From NCBI GenBank assembly GCA_964016885.1, contig OZ024743.1, positions 143,840,001-143,904,000 on the forward strand: a DNA stretch of 64,000 bases, in the 5' to 3' direction. The notes beneath the pieces are model-generated. The model had not been told where the DNA came from. It was given only the letters and a program-made list of their open reading frames with translations, and searched no databases. Position numbers and translations under genes: made by a program. Position 1 is the stretch's first letter, and every line of letters begins with the position of its first letter. Source of the DNA: Eledone cirrhosa (lineage: Eukaryota). Below, in pieces: positions 33,844 through 45,920 of the stretch.

Positions 33844-35622
33844 AGTGCTGAGAAGAAAGATGCATGGAAGAGTCATTATGATAGATTACTAAATGAGGAG
33901 AATGCATGGGAAGAAGAGACCCTACCCCACGTAGACCCTATAGAGGGACCAGCAGTACAAGTCAGCGGCAGCGTAGTAAGTAAGGCAATCAGAGATATGA
34001 AGATAGGGAAGGCAACCGGTCCATCGGGTATAGCTGCCGAGATGCTGAAGGCATCTGGGTCTGTAGGTCACACTATAACCACACGTATTGTTAACCAGGT
34101 AATACTAGAGGGGGCCATACCAAAAGATTGGTGCAGTAGCATCATTGTCAACTGCTACAAAGGTAAAGGCGATGCACTAGATAGAGGAAACTATAGAGGT
34201 ATAAAGTTGATGGACCAGGTCATGAAAGTAACAGAAAGAGTTATAGCACAGCTGATTAGGGACCGGGTGAATATAGACGAGATGCAATTTGGGTTTGTAC
34301 CAGGGAAAGGCACCACTGATGCGCTCTTCCTTGTGAGGCAATTACAGGAAAAGTACCTAGCTAAAAGTAAGCCACTCTACTTGGCATTTGTCGACCTTGA
34401 GAAAGCCTTTGACAGAGTTCCACGTACAGTAATCTGGTGGGCTCTTAGAAAACTAGGAGTAGATGAATGGCTTGTGAAAGCGGTACAAGCCATGTATAGG
34501 GGAGCAGTCAGCAAAGTTAGGATTGGCAATGAGTATAGCGAGGAATTTAGCGTACAGGTTGGGGTCCACCAGGGCTCTGTTCTTAGCCCTCTCCTGTTCA
34601 TCATAGTCCTGCAGGCAATAACGGAGGAGTTTAAGACCGGATGCCCATGGGAACTCCTGTATGCTGATGACCTCGCACTCATAGCTGAATCTATGGTAGA
34701 ACTAGAGAATAAATTCCAAACCTGGAAGCAGGGACTAGAGAGAAAGGGCCTCAAAGTCAACATGACAAAGACTAAGGTCCTTATAAGTAGACGAGAAAAC
34801 AGAACCCAGATCCCCTCAGGGAAATGGCCTTGCTCAGTATGTAGGAAAGGTGTAGGTAGGAACTCCATTCTTTGCCCCAAATGCAAACAATGGGTACACA
34901 AGAGATGTAGCGGGATCTCAGGAAGCTTAATTAAGAATGTAGGATTCACATGCAGCAGCTGTGCTGAAACAGCAAGCAAACAGCCACAGGAAACAAGTAC
35001 CACCAATCTCTGGGAGGGCCCTGTAGAAACAGTAGACAGCTTCTGCTACCTAGGTGACCGAATTAGCAACGGAGGTGGGTGCTCAGAAAGTACAATAACT
35101 AGGGTAAGAACGGGATGGAAGAAGTTTAGGGAACTACTACCACTGCTAGCTGCAAAAGGCTTCTCCCTCAGAATGAAAGGCAGACTGTATGATGCGTGTA
35201 TCCGAACAGCGATGTTGCATGGTAGTGAGACCTGGGCGCTGAAGGTGGAAGACTTACGTAGATTAGAGAGAAACGAAGCCTGCATGCTCCGATGGATGTG
35301 TAACAGTAATATACGTGAACGACAAAGCATAAATGAATTGAGAGAGAGACTGAGCATAAGAGGAATCAAATGCTGCGTGCAGGAGAGGCGGTTACGCTGG
35401 TATGGACATGTGATGCGTATGAAGGATGACAGCTGCATAAAAAGGTGCAGAGCACTAGAAGTTGATGGAAACCGCGGAGTGGGGAGACCCAAGATGACTT
35501 GGGATGAGGTGATAAAAGCCGACCTTACCCAACTACACCTCTCAAAGTCAATGACACACGACCGTGACTTCTGGCGTCACGCAGTAATACAGGGTACCCG
35601 ACCTCCCATGGGTACATGCTGA
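33844..35622 (+). CDS. RTE reverse transcriptase (N-truncated) with PHD finger
   Basis: [45 protein letters not shown]. The ORF-track N-terminus (33589-33843) is microsatellite. Confidence 0.88.
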   Translation, partial: SAEKKDAWKSHYDRLLNEENAWEEETLPHVDPIEGPAVQVSGSVVSKAIRDMKIGKATGPSGIAAEMLKASGSVGHTITTRIVNQVILEGAIPKDWCSSIIVNCYKGKGDALDRGNYRGIKLMDQVMKVTERVIAQLIRDRVNIDEMQFGFVPGKGTTDALFLVRQLQEKYLAKSKPLYLAFVDLEKAFDRVPRTVIWWALRKLGVDEWLVKAVQAMYRGAVSKVRIGNEYSEEFSVQVGVHQGSVLSPLLFIIVLQAITEEFKTGCPWELLYADDLALIAESMVELENKFQTWKQGLERKGLKVNMTKTKVLISRRENRTQIPSGKWPCSVCRKGVGRNSILCPKCKQWVHKRCSGISGSLIKNVGFTCSSCAETASKQPQETSTTNLWEGPVETVDSFCYLGDRISNGGGCSESTITRVRTGWKKFRELLPLLAAKGFSLRMKGRLYDACIRTAMLHGSETWALKVEDLRRLERNEACMLRWMCNSNIRERQSINELRERLSIRGIKCCVQERRLRWYGHVMRMKDDSCIKRCRALEVDGNRGVGRPKMTWDEVIKADLTQLHLSKSMTHDRDFWRHAVIQGTRPPMGTC

Positions 35623-35928
35623 AGCATATAAACAATATGCCCCCCCCCCCCCACCGCAAGGTGGCCGTGGAGGTGCCACGGCAAAAAAGCACCCAGCCCA
35701 CACTGTAAAGTGGACGTGTAGGCGCCACGAAAAAGCACCCAGCACTCACTGTAAATGAGGTTGGTGTTAGGAAGGGCATCCAGCTGTAGAAATCAAGCCA
35801 GATCAGTTCCTGTATGAGCAAGGCATGGTCAGCCGACCAGACACTGCCCACAACAGGACAACCCGTCTAACCCATGCTAGCGTGGAAGAACGGACGTAAA
35901 ACGGTGATGATGATGATGATGATGATGA
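33844..35928 (+). mobile_element. 5'-truncated RTE LINE with PHD-containing RT (sister family of 330-4130)
   Basis: Open RT frame to 35622, 3' UTR, (GAT)n tail at ~35905-35928; inserted in (TA)n. Confidence 0.9.
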
Positions 35929-35956
35929 TATGTATATATATATATATGTATATATG

Positions 35957-35989
<33 letters not shown>

Positions 35990-35998
35990 GTATATATG

Positions 35999-36037
<39 letters not shown>

Positions 36038-36066
36038 GTATATATATATATGTATATATATATATG

Positions 36067-36143
<77 letters not shown>

Positions 36144-36162
36144 ATATATATATGTATATATA

Positions 36163-36364
36163 CGTTATTCCGGGTTTAATCGGAGGTAACCACAGTAAGT
36201 AAGGTACTCAATACATAGCAGAGTATAACAGTTTTAATATAGATGAGATTCTACAGGACTAGAACTGTTTCATTCATTAGAAATCATCAGGAATCTCTGA
36301 TTCCTGATGATTTCTAATGAATGAAACAGTTCTAGTCCTGTAGAATCTCATCTATATTAAAACT
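36163..36364. mobile_element. Palindromic PLE terminus with two divergent hammerhead ribozymes
   Basis: HHR on + at 36299-36347 (GAUUC-CUGAUGA..GAAA-CAG..CUG-UA-GAAUC) and its mirror on - at 36245-36297; tail at 36163-36229. Confidence 0.8.
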
Positions 36365-36495
36365 ATATATATATGTATATATATATATGTATATATGTAT
36401 ATATATATATATGTATATATGTATATATATATGTATATATGTATATATGTATATATATATATATATGTATATATGTATATATATATATATATGTA

Positions 36496-36582
<87 letters not shown>

Positions 36583-36801
36583 GTGAAGGCCCGTGGCCGA
36601 GTTGTTAGAGAACTGGATTCGCAATCGTGAGGTTGTGAGTTCGATTCCCGAACCGTGCGATGCGGTGTGTTCTTGGGCAAGACACTTTATTTCACGTTGC
36701 TCCTTCTACCTGGGGTTGCGACCGATAGATAGTATTAGCAATTGGAAAGACCAATGGAAACGTTGTTTCCTCGGTCCGTTTTGACGAAAGTCGATCGACT
36801 G

Positions 36802-36805
<4 letters not shown>
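36583..36805 (+). mobile_element. tRNA-derived SINE
   Basis: Box A TGGCCGAGTTGTTAG, box B GTTCGATTCCC, body TTGGGCAAGACACTTTA; related copy at 54566-54710. Confidence 0.75.
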
Positions 36806-36846
<41 letters not shown>

Positions 36847-37186
36847 TTATATATGTATATAAAGGGATATTTTACGATTATTAGTTGTTTAAAATTTGTT
36901 TATAATATTTATACACACACATAGATACACACAGACACATATGGACACACATATATATATACCTTTTTTTTAATTACATCTAGTTGAAAACAATTGATTG
37001 AAGCAGTTTGCTATAGTTGTGTGTGTCTAGTAAGCTTGGGAAAAATATCTTAGAATTGGTCTCTTCATTTACACTTTGGATCATTTCTTTGGATTAGACA
37101 AGATTCTTTGGAAATAACATTAATAAACTACCTGAACAATACACATGTTTGTCTCTTGTTATATATGTATTGTCCATTACTTTGCA

Positions 37187-37590
37187 TTGGTGTGCTGGTG
37201 GTGTTGTTGTTGATGATGGTGGTAATGATAGTGGTGGTGATGGTAGTGGTGGTACTCGTACTGGTGTTGTTGATGATGGCGATAATGATAGTGGTGGTGA
37301 TGGTGGTGGTGATGGTAGTGGTCGTACTGATACTGGTGGTCTTGTCGGTGTTGCATTGATAATAATTGTGGTGTTGGTGGTGCTGGTACCAGTGTTGTTG
37401 TTGGTGGTGGTTTTGATAGTAATGGTGGTGTTGGTGTTGTTCTCGGTGGTTGTGTTGATGATAATTGTGGTGCTGGTGTTGTTGTTGTTGATGGTGGTGC
37501 TGGTAGTGATGCTAGTAGTGAAGGTTCTGGTACTATTGTTTGTGGTCGTGTTATTGTTGGTGTAATAGTAGTGTTCGTGATGATGATAGT
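37187..37590. repeat. Degenerate (GGT/GTT/GAT)n trinucleotide low-complexity tract
   Basis: Direct reading. Confidence 0.9.
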
Positions 37591-37833
37591 AGCACTGCTC
37601 CTGTGGTTAATTTATTAGAATAATTGCCTCCTTATTTATCTGTCTGTTTGTCTAAATTAGAGAAAAAGTACTTAATACATATACATTTACTGGTTTCAGT
37701 CATTAGACTTTGGCCATGCTGGCATAACAACTTGAGTTATGAGAATTTATTCATTTAAAGATAATGATTCATTTTAAATTCTTCATCATCATAACTGTTA
37801 AATGCCTATTTTCTATGCTTGTATGGGTTAGAC

Positions 37834-38002
37834 CAGTGGTCCCCAAAGTGGGTTCCACAAAGGAGTGTCTGGGGTTCAGTGAAAAAAAAGGTAGAGGAGT
37901 ATATTTATATTACGACCATATAACAGTATTACACTTTGGGGTTCCCCCAAAAGTTTCTGAACCAAACAGGGTTCCACATTTGAAAAAGTTTTGGAAACTC
38001 TG
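37834..38002. mobile_element. hAT-type MITE
   Basis: Imperfect TIRs CAGTGGTCCCCAAA/TTTGGAAACTCTG; 8-bp TSD GGTTAGAC/GATTAGAC. Confidence 0.7.
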
Positions 38003-38091
38003 GATTAGACAGATCAGGTATACACATTTTGCTCGTATGATCCATTTTTGGCTTGGTTTCTTAATGTTAACCACTTTGCATATATCTATAT

Positions 38092-39282
38092 ATGGGCGCC
38101 AGTGATTCTGCAGAGGTTACTGATCTTATCGGCCTTTTCCTTCTTTTCTCTATCAAGGACGAATTCCCCAACACGGGCGGTGGTTTGTACCGTGACGATG
38201 GTCTTTTGACCATGACTAAGTGCGGACCTCGTGCTTGCGACAGGTTCAGAAAAGAACTCACAGCCTTCTTTAACGGCTTCAACCTCTCTGTACAGGTTGA
38301 GGCCAATCTCTCGGTCATTAATTACCTCAACGTTACCCTCAATTTATTGAATGGGTTGTATTACCCGTATAGAAAGCCGAATGATACGCTTAATTACATA
38401 AGTAAGCATTCCAACCATCCTGCCAGTATAACCAAGAACCTGGTAAGAAACGTTTCGTTGAGGCTTTCCCATCTTTCCACCAACGAGCGTATTTTCAACG
38501 ACCATTCCACTTATTACAATGAAGCTCTCGCTCGAAGTGGATTTGTCGATAAGGTAGCATATACAGAGTACGAAAATAGACCTAGAAGTAATAGATCCCG
38601 TCGCATTTGTTGGTATAACCCACCATATAATATGGAGGTGGCCACACCATTAGCTAAGATCTTTCTTTCCCTTATTACGAAGCATTTTCCCCCTACACAT
38701 AAGTATAGTAAAATTTTTAATAGAAATACTATTAAAATTTCTTACTCTACGACTCCTAACCTTGCACATAACATCACAGCTTCAAATTTAGCCAAACTAC
38801 CTGGCCGTAGGAACACGTGCAACCCTGTAGTTAGTATTAACTGTAATTGTAGGAATCGGGTTGATTGCCCCCTATCCGGGAAATGCCTCTCTAGTAACAT
38901 TGTCTACAAATGTAAGGTTGAAACACCCACGTCCCGTAGGGCCTACATAGGGTTAACCGCCAATAGATTTAAGCAGCGTCTTTACATGCATACCCATTCT
39001 TTTCGTTACCCTCTAAGAAGGAATATGATGTCACTTTCAGCTTATATCTGGAGTCTAAAAGACAACCACACCCAATATAAGTTACACTGGGAGATCCTAG
39101 CTAGGGCTAGATCGTATAACGGAAATAAAAGACCATGTGACCTCTGCGCCGCTGAGGCCCTGGAAATACTCTACGCCACAGACCACATCTTAAACAAAAA
39201 ATCTGAGGCAATTTCGGCTTGTAAACATAAATTGCACAAAACTTTCCTGTATTACAGCCCCACGTTATACCCTAACGGATAG
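38092..39282 (+). CDS. PLE RT (C-terminal half) + Zn-finger/GIY-YIG endonuclease
   Basis: MGASDSAEVTDLIG, GLYRDDGL, YRKPN, WYNPPY, CNC..CPLSGKC, IVYKC..YIG..FKQR, CDLC..CKH. Confidence 0.88.
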   Translation: MGASDSAEVTDLIGLFLLFSIKDEFPNTGGGLYRDDGLLTMTKCGPRACDRFRKELTAFFNGFNLSVQVEANLSVINYLNVTLNLLNGLYYPYRKPNDTLNYISKHSNHPASITKNLVRNVSLRLSHLSTNERIFNDHSTYYNEALARSGFVDKVAYTEYENRPRSNRSRRICWYNPPYNMEVATPLAKIFLSLITKHFPPTHKYSKIFNRNTIKISYSTTPNLAHNITASNLAKLPGRRNTCNPVVSINCNCRNRVDCPLSGKCLSSNIVYKCKVETPTSRRAYIGLTANRFKQRLYMHTHSFRYPLRRNMMSLSAYIWSLKDNHTQYKLHWEILARARSYNGNKRPCDLCAAEALEILYATDHILNKKSEAISACKHKLHKTFLYYSPTLYPNG

Positions 39283-39458
39283 TACGATTTATACGTGGAT
39301 ATTTTACGTCTTGATGTGGGAGCTAAGTATGTTTTGTTTATACCATTACTTATTTGCATAGCGAACATTTCCACGAACCAAAGTATTGTCTTCCTGTCTT
39401 CCTCCGGTTGCAACGTTTTTTTAAATATCCACTTCTGCGTTTACAGATTGACTTTGTT

Positions 39459-39509
39459 AGTTTCAGAAGATCCCGTTAAGGGTGAAAGCAGCGATTCTTT
39501 GCTTAAACT
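39459..39509 (+). ncRNA. Hammerhead ribozyme, CAGAAGA core variant
   Basis: AGUUU-CAGAAGA-UCCC(GUUAA)GGGU-GAAA-GCA..UGC-UU-AAACU. Confidence 0.65.
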
Positions 39510-39529
39510 TTAATCTGTTATTTTAATAA

Positions 39530-39561
<32 letters not shown>

Positions 39562-39571
39562 ATACACACAC

Positions 39572-40766
39572 ATAGAAAGGTCAGCTGAATAGTTCATAGG
39601 CTGGCCAAGATACTCTCATGGAATGTGATCAAATGAGGTTTATTTTTCAACATAGTCCCCCTTGCAATCCACTCACTTCTTCCGTTGGTGCTACAGTGTT
39701 TGAAGAAGCTTTAATCCTGTTGGTCAAAAAAGTTATCAACAGCAGATATGATATCATCATTACTGTTATACTGGTTCCCAGTCAAGTGTTTGTTCATGAT
39801 GGGGAACAGATAATAGTCAGATGAGGCTAAATCAGGAGAATAGGGAGGGTGATCAGCCAGTTCAAAGCCACAGTCATGCCCAGCAGCCATTGAAATCAAG
39901 GACTTGTGTGCTGGAGCATTGTCCTGATTAAACAATAACCCTTTCATCAGTTTTCCTGGGTGTTTGGTCTTGATAGCCTTTTGTAATTGCTTCAGCAAGT
40001 TGGCATAGTACTCTCCATTGATGGTGTGGCCCTTTTGAAGATGGTCAATAAACACAATACTTTTTGCATCCCCAAAAACTGAAGCCATCATCTTTACTGC
40101 AAATGAATCAACCTTGGCCTTCTTTAGAACAGGTAATGAGGGGTTTTCCCACTGTATGTATTGTTTGTGGCTCAAAGTGATGAACCCAACACTCATCCTG
40201 GGTTAGGAAATGTTTAATGAAACCAGCTGGATCTGCCTCAAACAATGTTAGATTTTCCCGTGATGTGATCAGCCATGTGATCAGGTGTCAGAAGATGTGG
40301 CATCCACCAAGCAGAAAGCTTCATCATGCTAAGTTCTCATGGGATATGCTAATAGCATTTGCTATTTGATTTATAATTGCCTACCATCCATTACCATGTG
40401 GTAAACATGATCAATGTTTTCCTTGATGGTGGCTGTTACAGGACATCCAGACCTTGAGACATCTTCAAGACTCTTCCTTCCCCTCCTAAATTCAGCTGCC
40501 TACTTTTGCACTAATGAGAAACCTGGAACATCATCCCCTAATGTAGCAACCATGTCAGCATGAATGTCCTTGAGGGCTAAACACTTTTTTCTGTAGGTAC
40601 TTGATAATACCACAATGCCAAAGTTTGTTTATTTTCAAGAGAAGTGGCTAATAGTTACTTTTGAAGTCTTCTTTAAACAGTCAAATGTCAGTTTACCTGG
40701 AAAGATACAGTGCAATTATGAATAATTAATTTCACAGCTTTAGCATCACTTTTCAGGTCAACCTCG
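39572..40766 (-). mobile_element. Decayed mariner (Tc1/mariner) transposon
   Basis: QDNAPAH, HPPYSPDLASSDYYLF, TINGEYY; degenerate TIRs, boundaries approximate. Confidence 0.85.
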
Positions 40767-40782
40767 TGTGTGTATGTGTATA

Positions 40783-41170
40783 TCATCATCATCATCATCG
40801 TTTTACATCCGTTCTTCCACGCATGGGTTAGACGGGTTGTCCTGTTGTGGGCAGTGTCCAGTCGGCTGACCTTGTCTTACTCATACAGGAACTGATTCTG
40901 GCTTGATTTCTACAGCTGGATGCCCTTTCTAACACCAACCTCATTTACAGTGAGTGCTGGGTGCTTTTTTTCCATGGAGCCTCCACGTCCACTTTACAGT
41001 GTGGGCTGGGTGCTTTTTTGCCGTGGCTCCTCCACGACCACTTTGCAGTGGGAGGGTGTGAGGGCATATTGTCTATATGCTTCAGCTTTGGCTTGTTTCT
41101 GTGGGGGGTCAGGTCTTCTGTATTACTGCGTGACGCCAGAGGTTGTGGTCGTGTGTCATTGCTCTTAGAC
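40783..41170 (-). mobile_element. RTE 3'-end fragment
   Basis: Reverse complement of ~35540-35925, including the (GAT)n tail. Confidence 0.85.
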
Positions 41171-41360
41171 ATACATACATAATAATGATATTACACAGCA
41201 CTGTTGGCTACTGTTCAATTTCGTACTGAAACAGATAATTTTAATGGAAATAATACAATACATCAAGCGTTAACCTAATATATACCTTCCATATACTGTA
41301 CCGATTGTGTTATTATTTCTGTTTACCTTTTACATACATACATATATATATATATATATA

Positions 41361-41809
41361 GAAGTTATATTTAAATTGTTGGGATACAACAAGCAAATAT
41401 TTTTATAACTGATATAAAGCACTCAACAAATTATTGGAGTAAAAATACGATATATTAACAAATGGAAACTATATTTATAAAACCATATTTATTTCATTAT
41501 ACATATTTCAAGGACACCAAGTCAAATTATGGTGCGCTTTCATCAGATAAAATATAATATAGATCAGTTTTATAAATAAATATTGACATACCCTTAAAGA
41601 AGGCGACCATTTCTGTTGGAAGCTCCCGATAGTTCCAACAGAAATGGTCGCCTTCTTTAAGGGTATGTCAATATTTATTTATAAAACTGATCTATATTAT
41701 ATTTTATCTGATGAAAGCGCACCATAATTTGACTTGGTGTCCTTGAAATATGTATAATGAAATAAATATGGTTTTATAAATATAGTTTCCATTTGTTAAT
41801 ATATCGTAT
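41361..41809. mobile_element. 177-bp-arm palindrome of a PLE terminus with two hammerheads
   Basis: Arms 41445-41621 and 41633-41809, 11-nt loop; HHR on + at 41700-41764 and on - at 41490-41554; tail 41361-41444. Confidence 0.85.
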
Positions 41810-41822
41810 ATATATATATATA

Positions 41823-42033
41823 TATTTATTAAAATAACAGATTAAAGTTTAAGCAAAGAATCGCTGCTTTCACCCTTAACGGGATCTTCTCGTTAAGGGT
41901 GAAAGCAGCGATTCTTTGCTTAAACTTTAGTCTGTTATTTTAATAAATATTTGCTCTACGGTTCTTATATATTTGATATATATTTATCTTTATCGAGCCC
42001 TCTTTGGATTTTAGTCTTCAAATTTATTATTAT

Positions 42034-42037
<4 letters not shown>
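41823..42037. mobile_element. Palindromic terminus of the 38-39.5 kb PLE family
   Basis: Arms 41823-41890 and 41891-41949 match 39465-39531; tail 41950-42037. Confidence 0.85.
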
Positions 42038-42095
<58 letters not shown>

Positions 42096-42328
42096 TAGAC
42101 AATTATCAAAGTTGTGTCCAAATCATTTAATAGCTGGCAATCATTTCTTCCAAACTCTTGTTTGGAGTCATCGGAGCATTATCAATATTTGTACATGTAA
42201 TTAACCTCCTATCCAACTGAACAATAATATAGATACATATATACTGATGTTGTGAGCAACAGTTTCATATTTACAGGGTGGAATGGATGTGACATATATT
42301 TTACGAGAATTGTACAAAAATTCAAATT

Positions 42329-44207
42329 CAATGGGGAAATACAGGTGAAGTTATTAAATGGTTCAAGGGTATTAAAGAGAGTAAAAATAAAAAATTTATA
42401 CAATTTGATATCAATTCATACTACACCTCTATTTCCCCTATCCTATTAAAATAAGGCTTTAATTATGGCCATGAACAATAGTGACCTGACTAGATCCCAA
42501 ATTGATGTCATACTTGCGGCCCGAAAAACCATAATTACATTTGAAGACCAATTATGGACCCGCAAGGATACGCATAATAACTTTGACATAACTATGGGAT
42601 CTAGTGACTTGGCGCAGGTCACTGATTTGGTGGGCCTATATCTAATAAATGAAATTCATAAGAACCTACCCTACCTCAATGGTGGTTTATACCGCGATGA
42701 TGCACTACTCCTTATAGACTATAAAAAATTTAATACAGAAAAAACTAGGAAACAATTACACAAAATTTTCGAAAACTTCAACTTAATTATCACCTTAGAT
42801 AAAAACACTAAAAACGTTAACTTCCTTGATGCTACCCTTTGCCTAGACTCTAAAATATACACACCCTTTCATAAACCTAACGAAAAACTAATTTATGTGA
42901 ATACCAACTCTAACCATCCTAAATCCATATTAAACTCAATTACTAAAGGAATATCTAATAGAATCTCTAATCTATCATATAAAGAAACCATATTTAACAA
43001 TAATTCACAATACTATAATGAGGCCTTAGCTAAATCAGGACATAAGAATGGGATTGAATTCCTACCTATAAAATCACATAGTTACAACATTATTTCTCCT
43101 AATATAGCCATGAGGAAAAATAATAAAAGTACTAGCCACTATAACTCTAAGACGAATGGTAATACCAAACTTAACTCACACCAAAGTAAACACCACGATA
43201 ATAATATAAACAGGGATACAAATACATTACTAAAAACAAAAATACAAGAAGAACTAATACATTCTTCAATCCCCCTTTCAATCTAAACATCTCTACCAAC
43301 TTGCCTAAGGCTTTCTTCTCAATCTTAGAAAAGGAACTTCCCATCCGGCCACAAGTACCATAATCTTATCAATAAAAATACCATTAAAACCTCGTACTCT
43401 ACCACACCTAACAAAGCATACCATATAGCTAGTAGTAATAAAAGGAAGATTAATAATTATTTCCAACTAATTAAAACACAACAGGAGGTAAGCTTAGTAC
43501 CGGTAAACCATAGTAGTAATAATTGTTTCTACTTTTGGCACAAGGCCAGCAATTGCCCAGTGTATTACCGGTACTTTATTTTATCGACCCCATAAGGATG
43601 AAAGGCAAAGTTAACCTCGGCGGGATTTGAGTAGTAATAATAGAAGTAATAATAGTAATAATGATAATAGCACTAATGAAATCAATAACAATACGAATGA
43701 CAGACATCATTACCCTAGTGCTATCCCTAGCAACCAGACTTCTTCACAATATAGTAACCGGCAAGCAAACATCCAGAATAAATGTAACTGTAAAACTAAT
43801 AGAACTTGCCCCTTAGGTAATAATTGCTTAACCTCTTTGGTTAAGCAATTATTACCAACGCAAACAACTCTTCTAAAACATATATCGGCTCTACTTCGAA
43901 CAGCTTCAAGACGAGATACAACTCGCACCTCCACTCTTTCAAAAAACACAATCTAGCCAACTCCACTTCTTTATCTAGCTACGTAGACTCTCTGAAAACT
44001 AGGAATAGACCATTTACACTGCAATGGGAAGTAGTAGGTAGAGCCTCATCATATAAACCACCGAATAAAATGTGTAATCTCTGTCTTCTAGAGACCCATA
44101 CTATAATCTTTTCGAAACTAGACCTCCTTAATAGAAAGTCAGAGATATTTCCCTTGTGCCAACACTGATACCGTTACTCGTTCCATAACTTTAAACCTAG
44201 CTGTTAG
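42329..44207 (+). pseudogene. PLE RT + GIY-YIG, disrupted
   Basis: FIQFDINSYY, FDITMGSSDLAQVTDLVG, GLYRDD, FHKPN, CNC..CPLGNNC, CNLC; frameshifts and stops. Confidence 0.85.
43524..43629 (-). mobile_element. 5'-truncated tRNA-SINE inserted in PLE ORF
   Basis: Matches ~62096-62201; 12-bp TSD AGTAGTAATAAT (43512-43523 / 43630-43641). Confidence 0.85.
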
Positions 44208-45345
44208 TATATAACAATGTCAGATTTGAATTCCTCACCACATTAACACTTCACATCTAGGACTTATCAGCCCCCACAGCAACACACTCTTTGATCAGTT
44301 CTTTCCTCTACACAACTCCTATTTATCTCTAACCTTATACTCTGCAATAACTGTTAGAATTAAACATAAAGTTACCACCTTTTGATATAACTACTATAGC
44401 TTAATTATATTATATACAGTAATGGATGTTTAATATGTAGAGACGTTTAATGTAATAATAAACTATATATACATTTATAAATAAATATTTAAATTAATAA
44501 CATATATACAAATTCAAACACTATCAACATACTACATCCACCATAGATTTTAATACATTAACATATTTGCTTAACATACAGTATTTATTTATCTATATAT
44601 GCATAATACCTTTGCCTATTTCCTCCTCATATATATGACTAACGCAAGTGCACTCTCTACACGCTTGCATATGTATTGCTAATGTACTCTTTCTTTCTCA
44701 ATGCCTCTTTAATTATTAGACTATTCTCTTGTATTATCTGTTGCATGTATTCCACTCTGTGCTTTTAATTTGAATTTGAATTTTTGTACAATTCTCGTAA
44801 AATATATGTCACATCCATTCCACCCTGTAAATACGAAACTGTTGCTCACAACATCAATATATATGTATCTATATTATTGTTCAGTTGAATAGGAGGTTAA
44901 TTACATGTAAAAACATTGATAATGCTCCAATAACTCCAAACGAGAATTTGGAAGAAACGATTGTCAGCTATGAAATGATTTGAACACAACTTTGATAATT
45001 GTCTAATATATTTATTTTCCTGCTCTGTAAAACAACCGATGTTCTTACATTGAACTATTTCTCTTACTAGTAATAAGGTAGTAGGAAATTACTGACCTTT
45101 CCTGTTTATAGTTGTTTATAGTATATACATAACTAAAAATGGTATTATTATTATTATATATATATATATATATATATATACATACACACACACATGTAAC
45201 ATCAATGCAACTAGAACATTAAAAATTCAAATGGGCAATAATATTATTGTTGAATGTTACCTTGGAAATATTTAATTAGTCTTTTATGTATATGTCCGTA
45301 CCAATACAGTCTTCTCTCTTGCACACCACTTCGGATTCCTCTTAA

Positions 45346-45566
45346 CCCTTTAGCATTGACATTACTATATATTTACTATTGTATTTTTAGGGTAAACACT
45401 TTATCTCACATAATTATCTTACATAACATCGAATCTATGAGATTTTAATGTTATTTAGTTTGAAAACAATACCTCAACATAAGTATGAACAGCCAGTTAT
45501 GGCCGATTTGAATAGAAAGAGGTGAGAGAATTCTGGTCACATACGACCAGTTTAAATGCTAAAGTG
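45346..45566. mobile_element. piggyBac-like MITE
   Basis: TTAA flanks; TIRs CCCTTTAGCATT / AATGCTAAAGTG. Confidence 0.7.
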
Positions 45567-45570
45567 TTAA

Positions 45571-45920
45571 ACCCACTTTTTCCCTCAGTTCATTCAGACC
45601 TTCTCTCACATTTATATTGCACATCCAACAAAGCATGGTAGCTTCATTTCTCTCCAGTCTACTCATATCCTCTGCAGTCAATGCTCATGTTTTGCTAACA
45701 TGCAGCATTGCACTTCACACACAGGCGTCATACAGTCGTCATTTTGTATGTAGGGAGAAACCTTTTGTTGTCAACAGTGGAAGTTGGTCTCTAAAGTTCT
45801 TTCATCCTATCTTTATCCTAGCTATTATGTTCTCGAAGCAGCCCCCCCCCCCCCCCTCCATTGCTAATTAGGTCACCTAGATAGCAGGAACTATCAACCA
45901 CTTCTATTGGATCCTTCATG
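45571..45920 (-). pseudogene. Old RTE ORF fragment
   Basis: Diverged match to ~890-1225. Confidence 0.7.

Larger units (their letters stand above)
38090..39531 (+). mobile_element. 5'-truncated Naiad-type Penelope-like element
   Basis: ORF 38092-39282, 3' UTR with HHR variant, ends TTAATAAATA followed by (TA)n. Confidence 0.88.
42086..45155 (+). mobile_element. Naiad-type PLE, 5'-truncated, with inverted terminal copy and nested SINE
   Basis: Inverted terminus 42086-42331 is the reverse complement of ~44770-45015; coding 42329-44207; decayed HHR at 44924-44968 (+) and 42133-42177 (-). Confidence 0.85.

Noticed and set aside
36583-36660. tRNA gene
   Set aside because: Boxes A and B are present but there is no complete cloverleaf, and it continues into a SINE body with another copy at 54566.
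37108-37565. Hydrophobic membrane-protein-like ORFs
   Set aside because: Poly-Val/Leu from degenerate GGT/GTT repeats.
44166-44168. In-frame TGA near the end of the third Naiad-type ORF as selenocysteine
   Set aside because: Follows the CxH motif at a non-Cys position; most simply CGA-to-TGA decay in an already disrupted copy.
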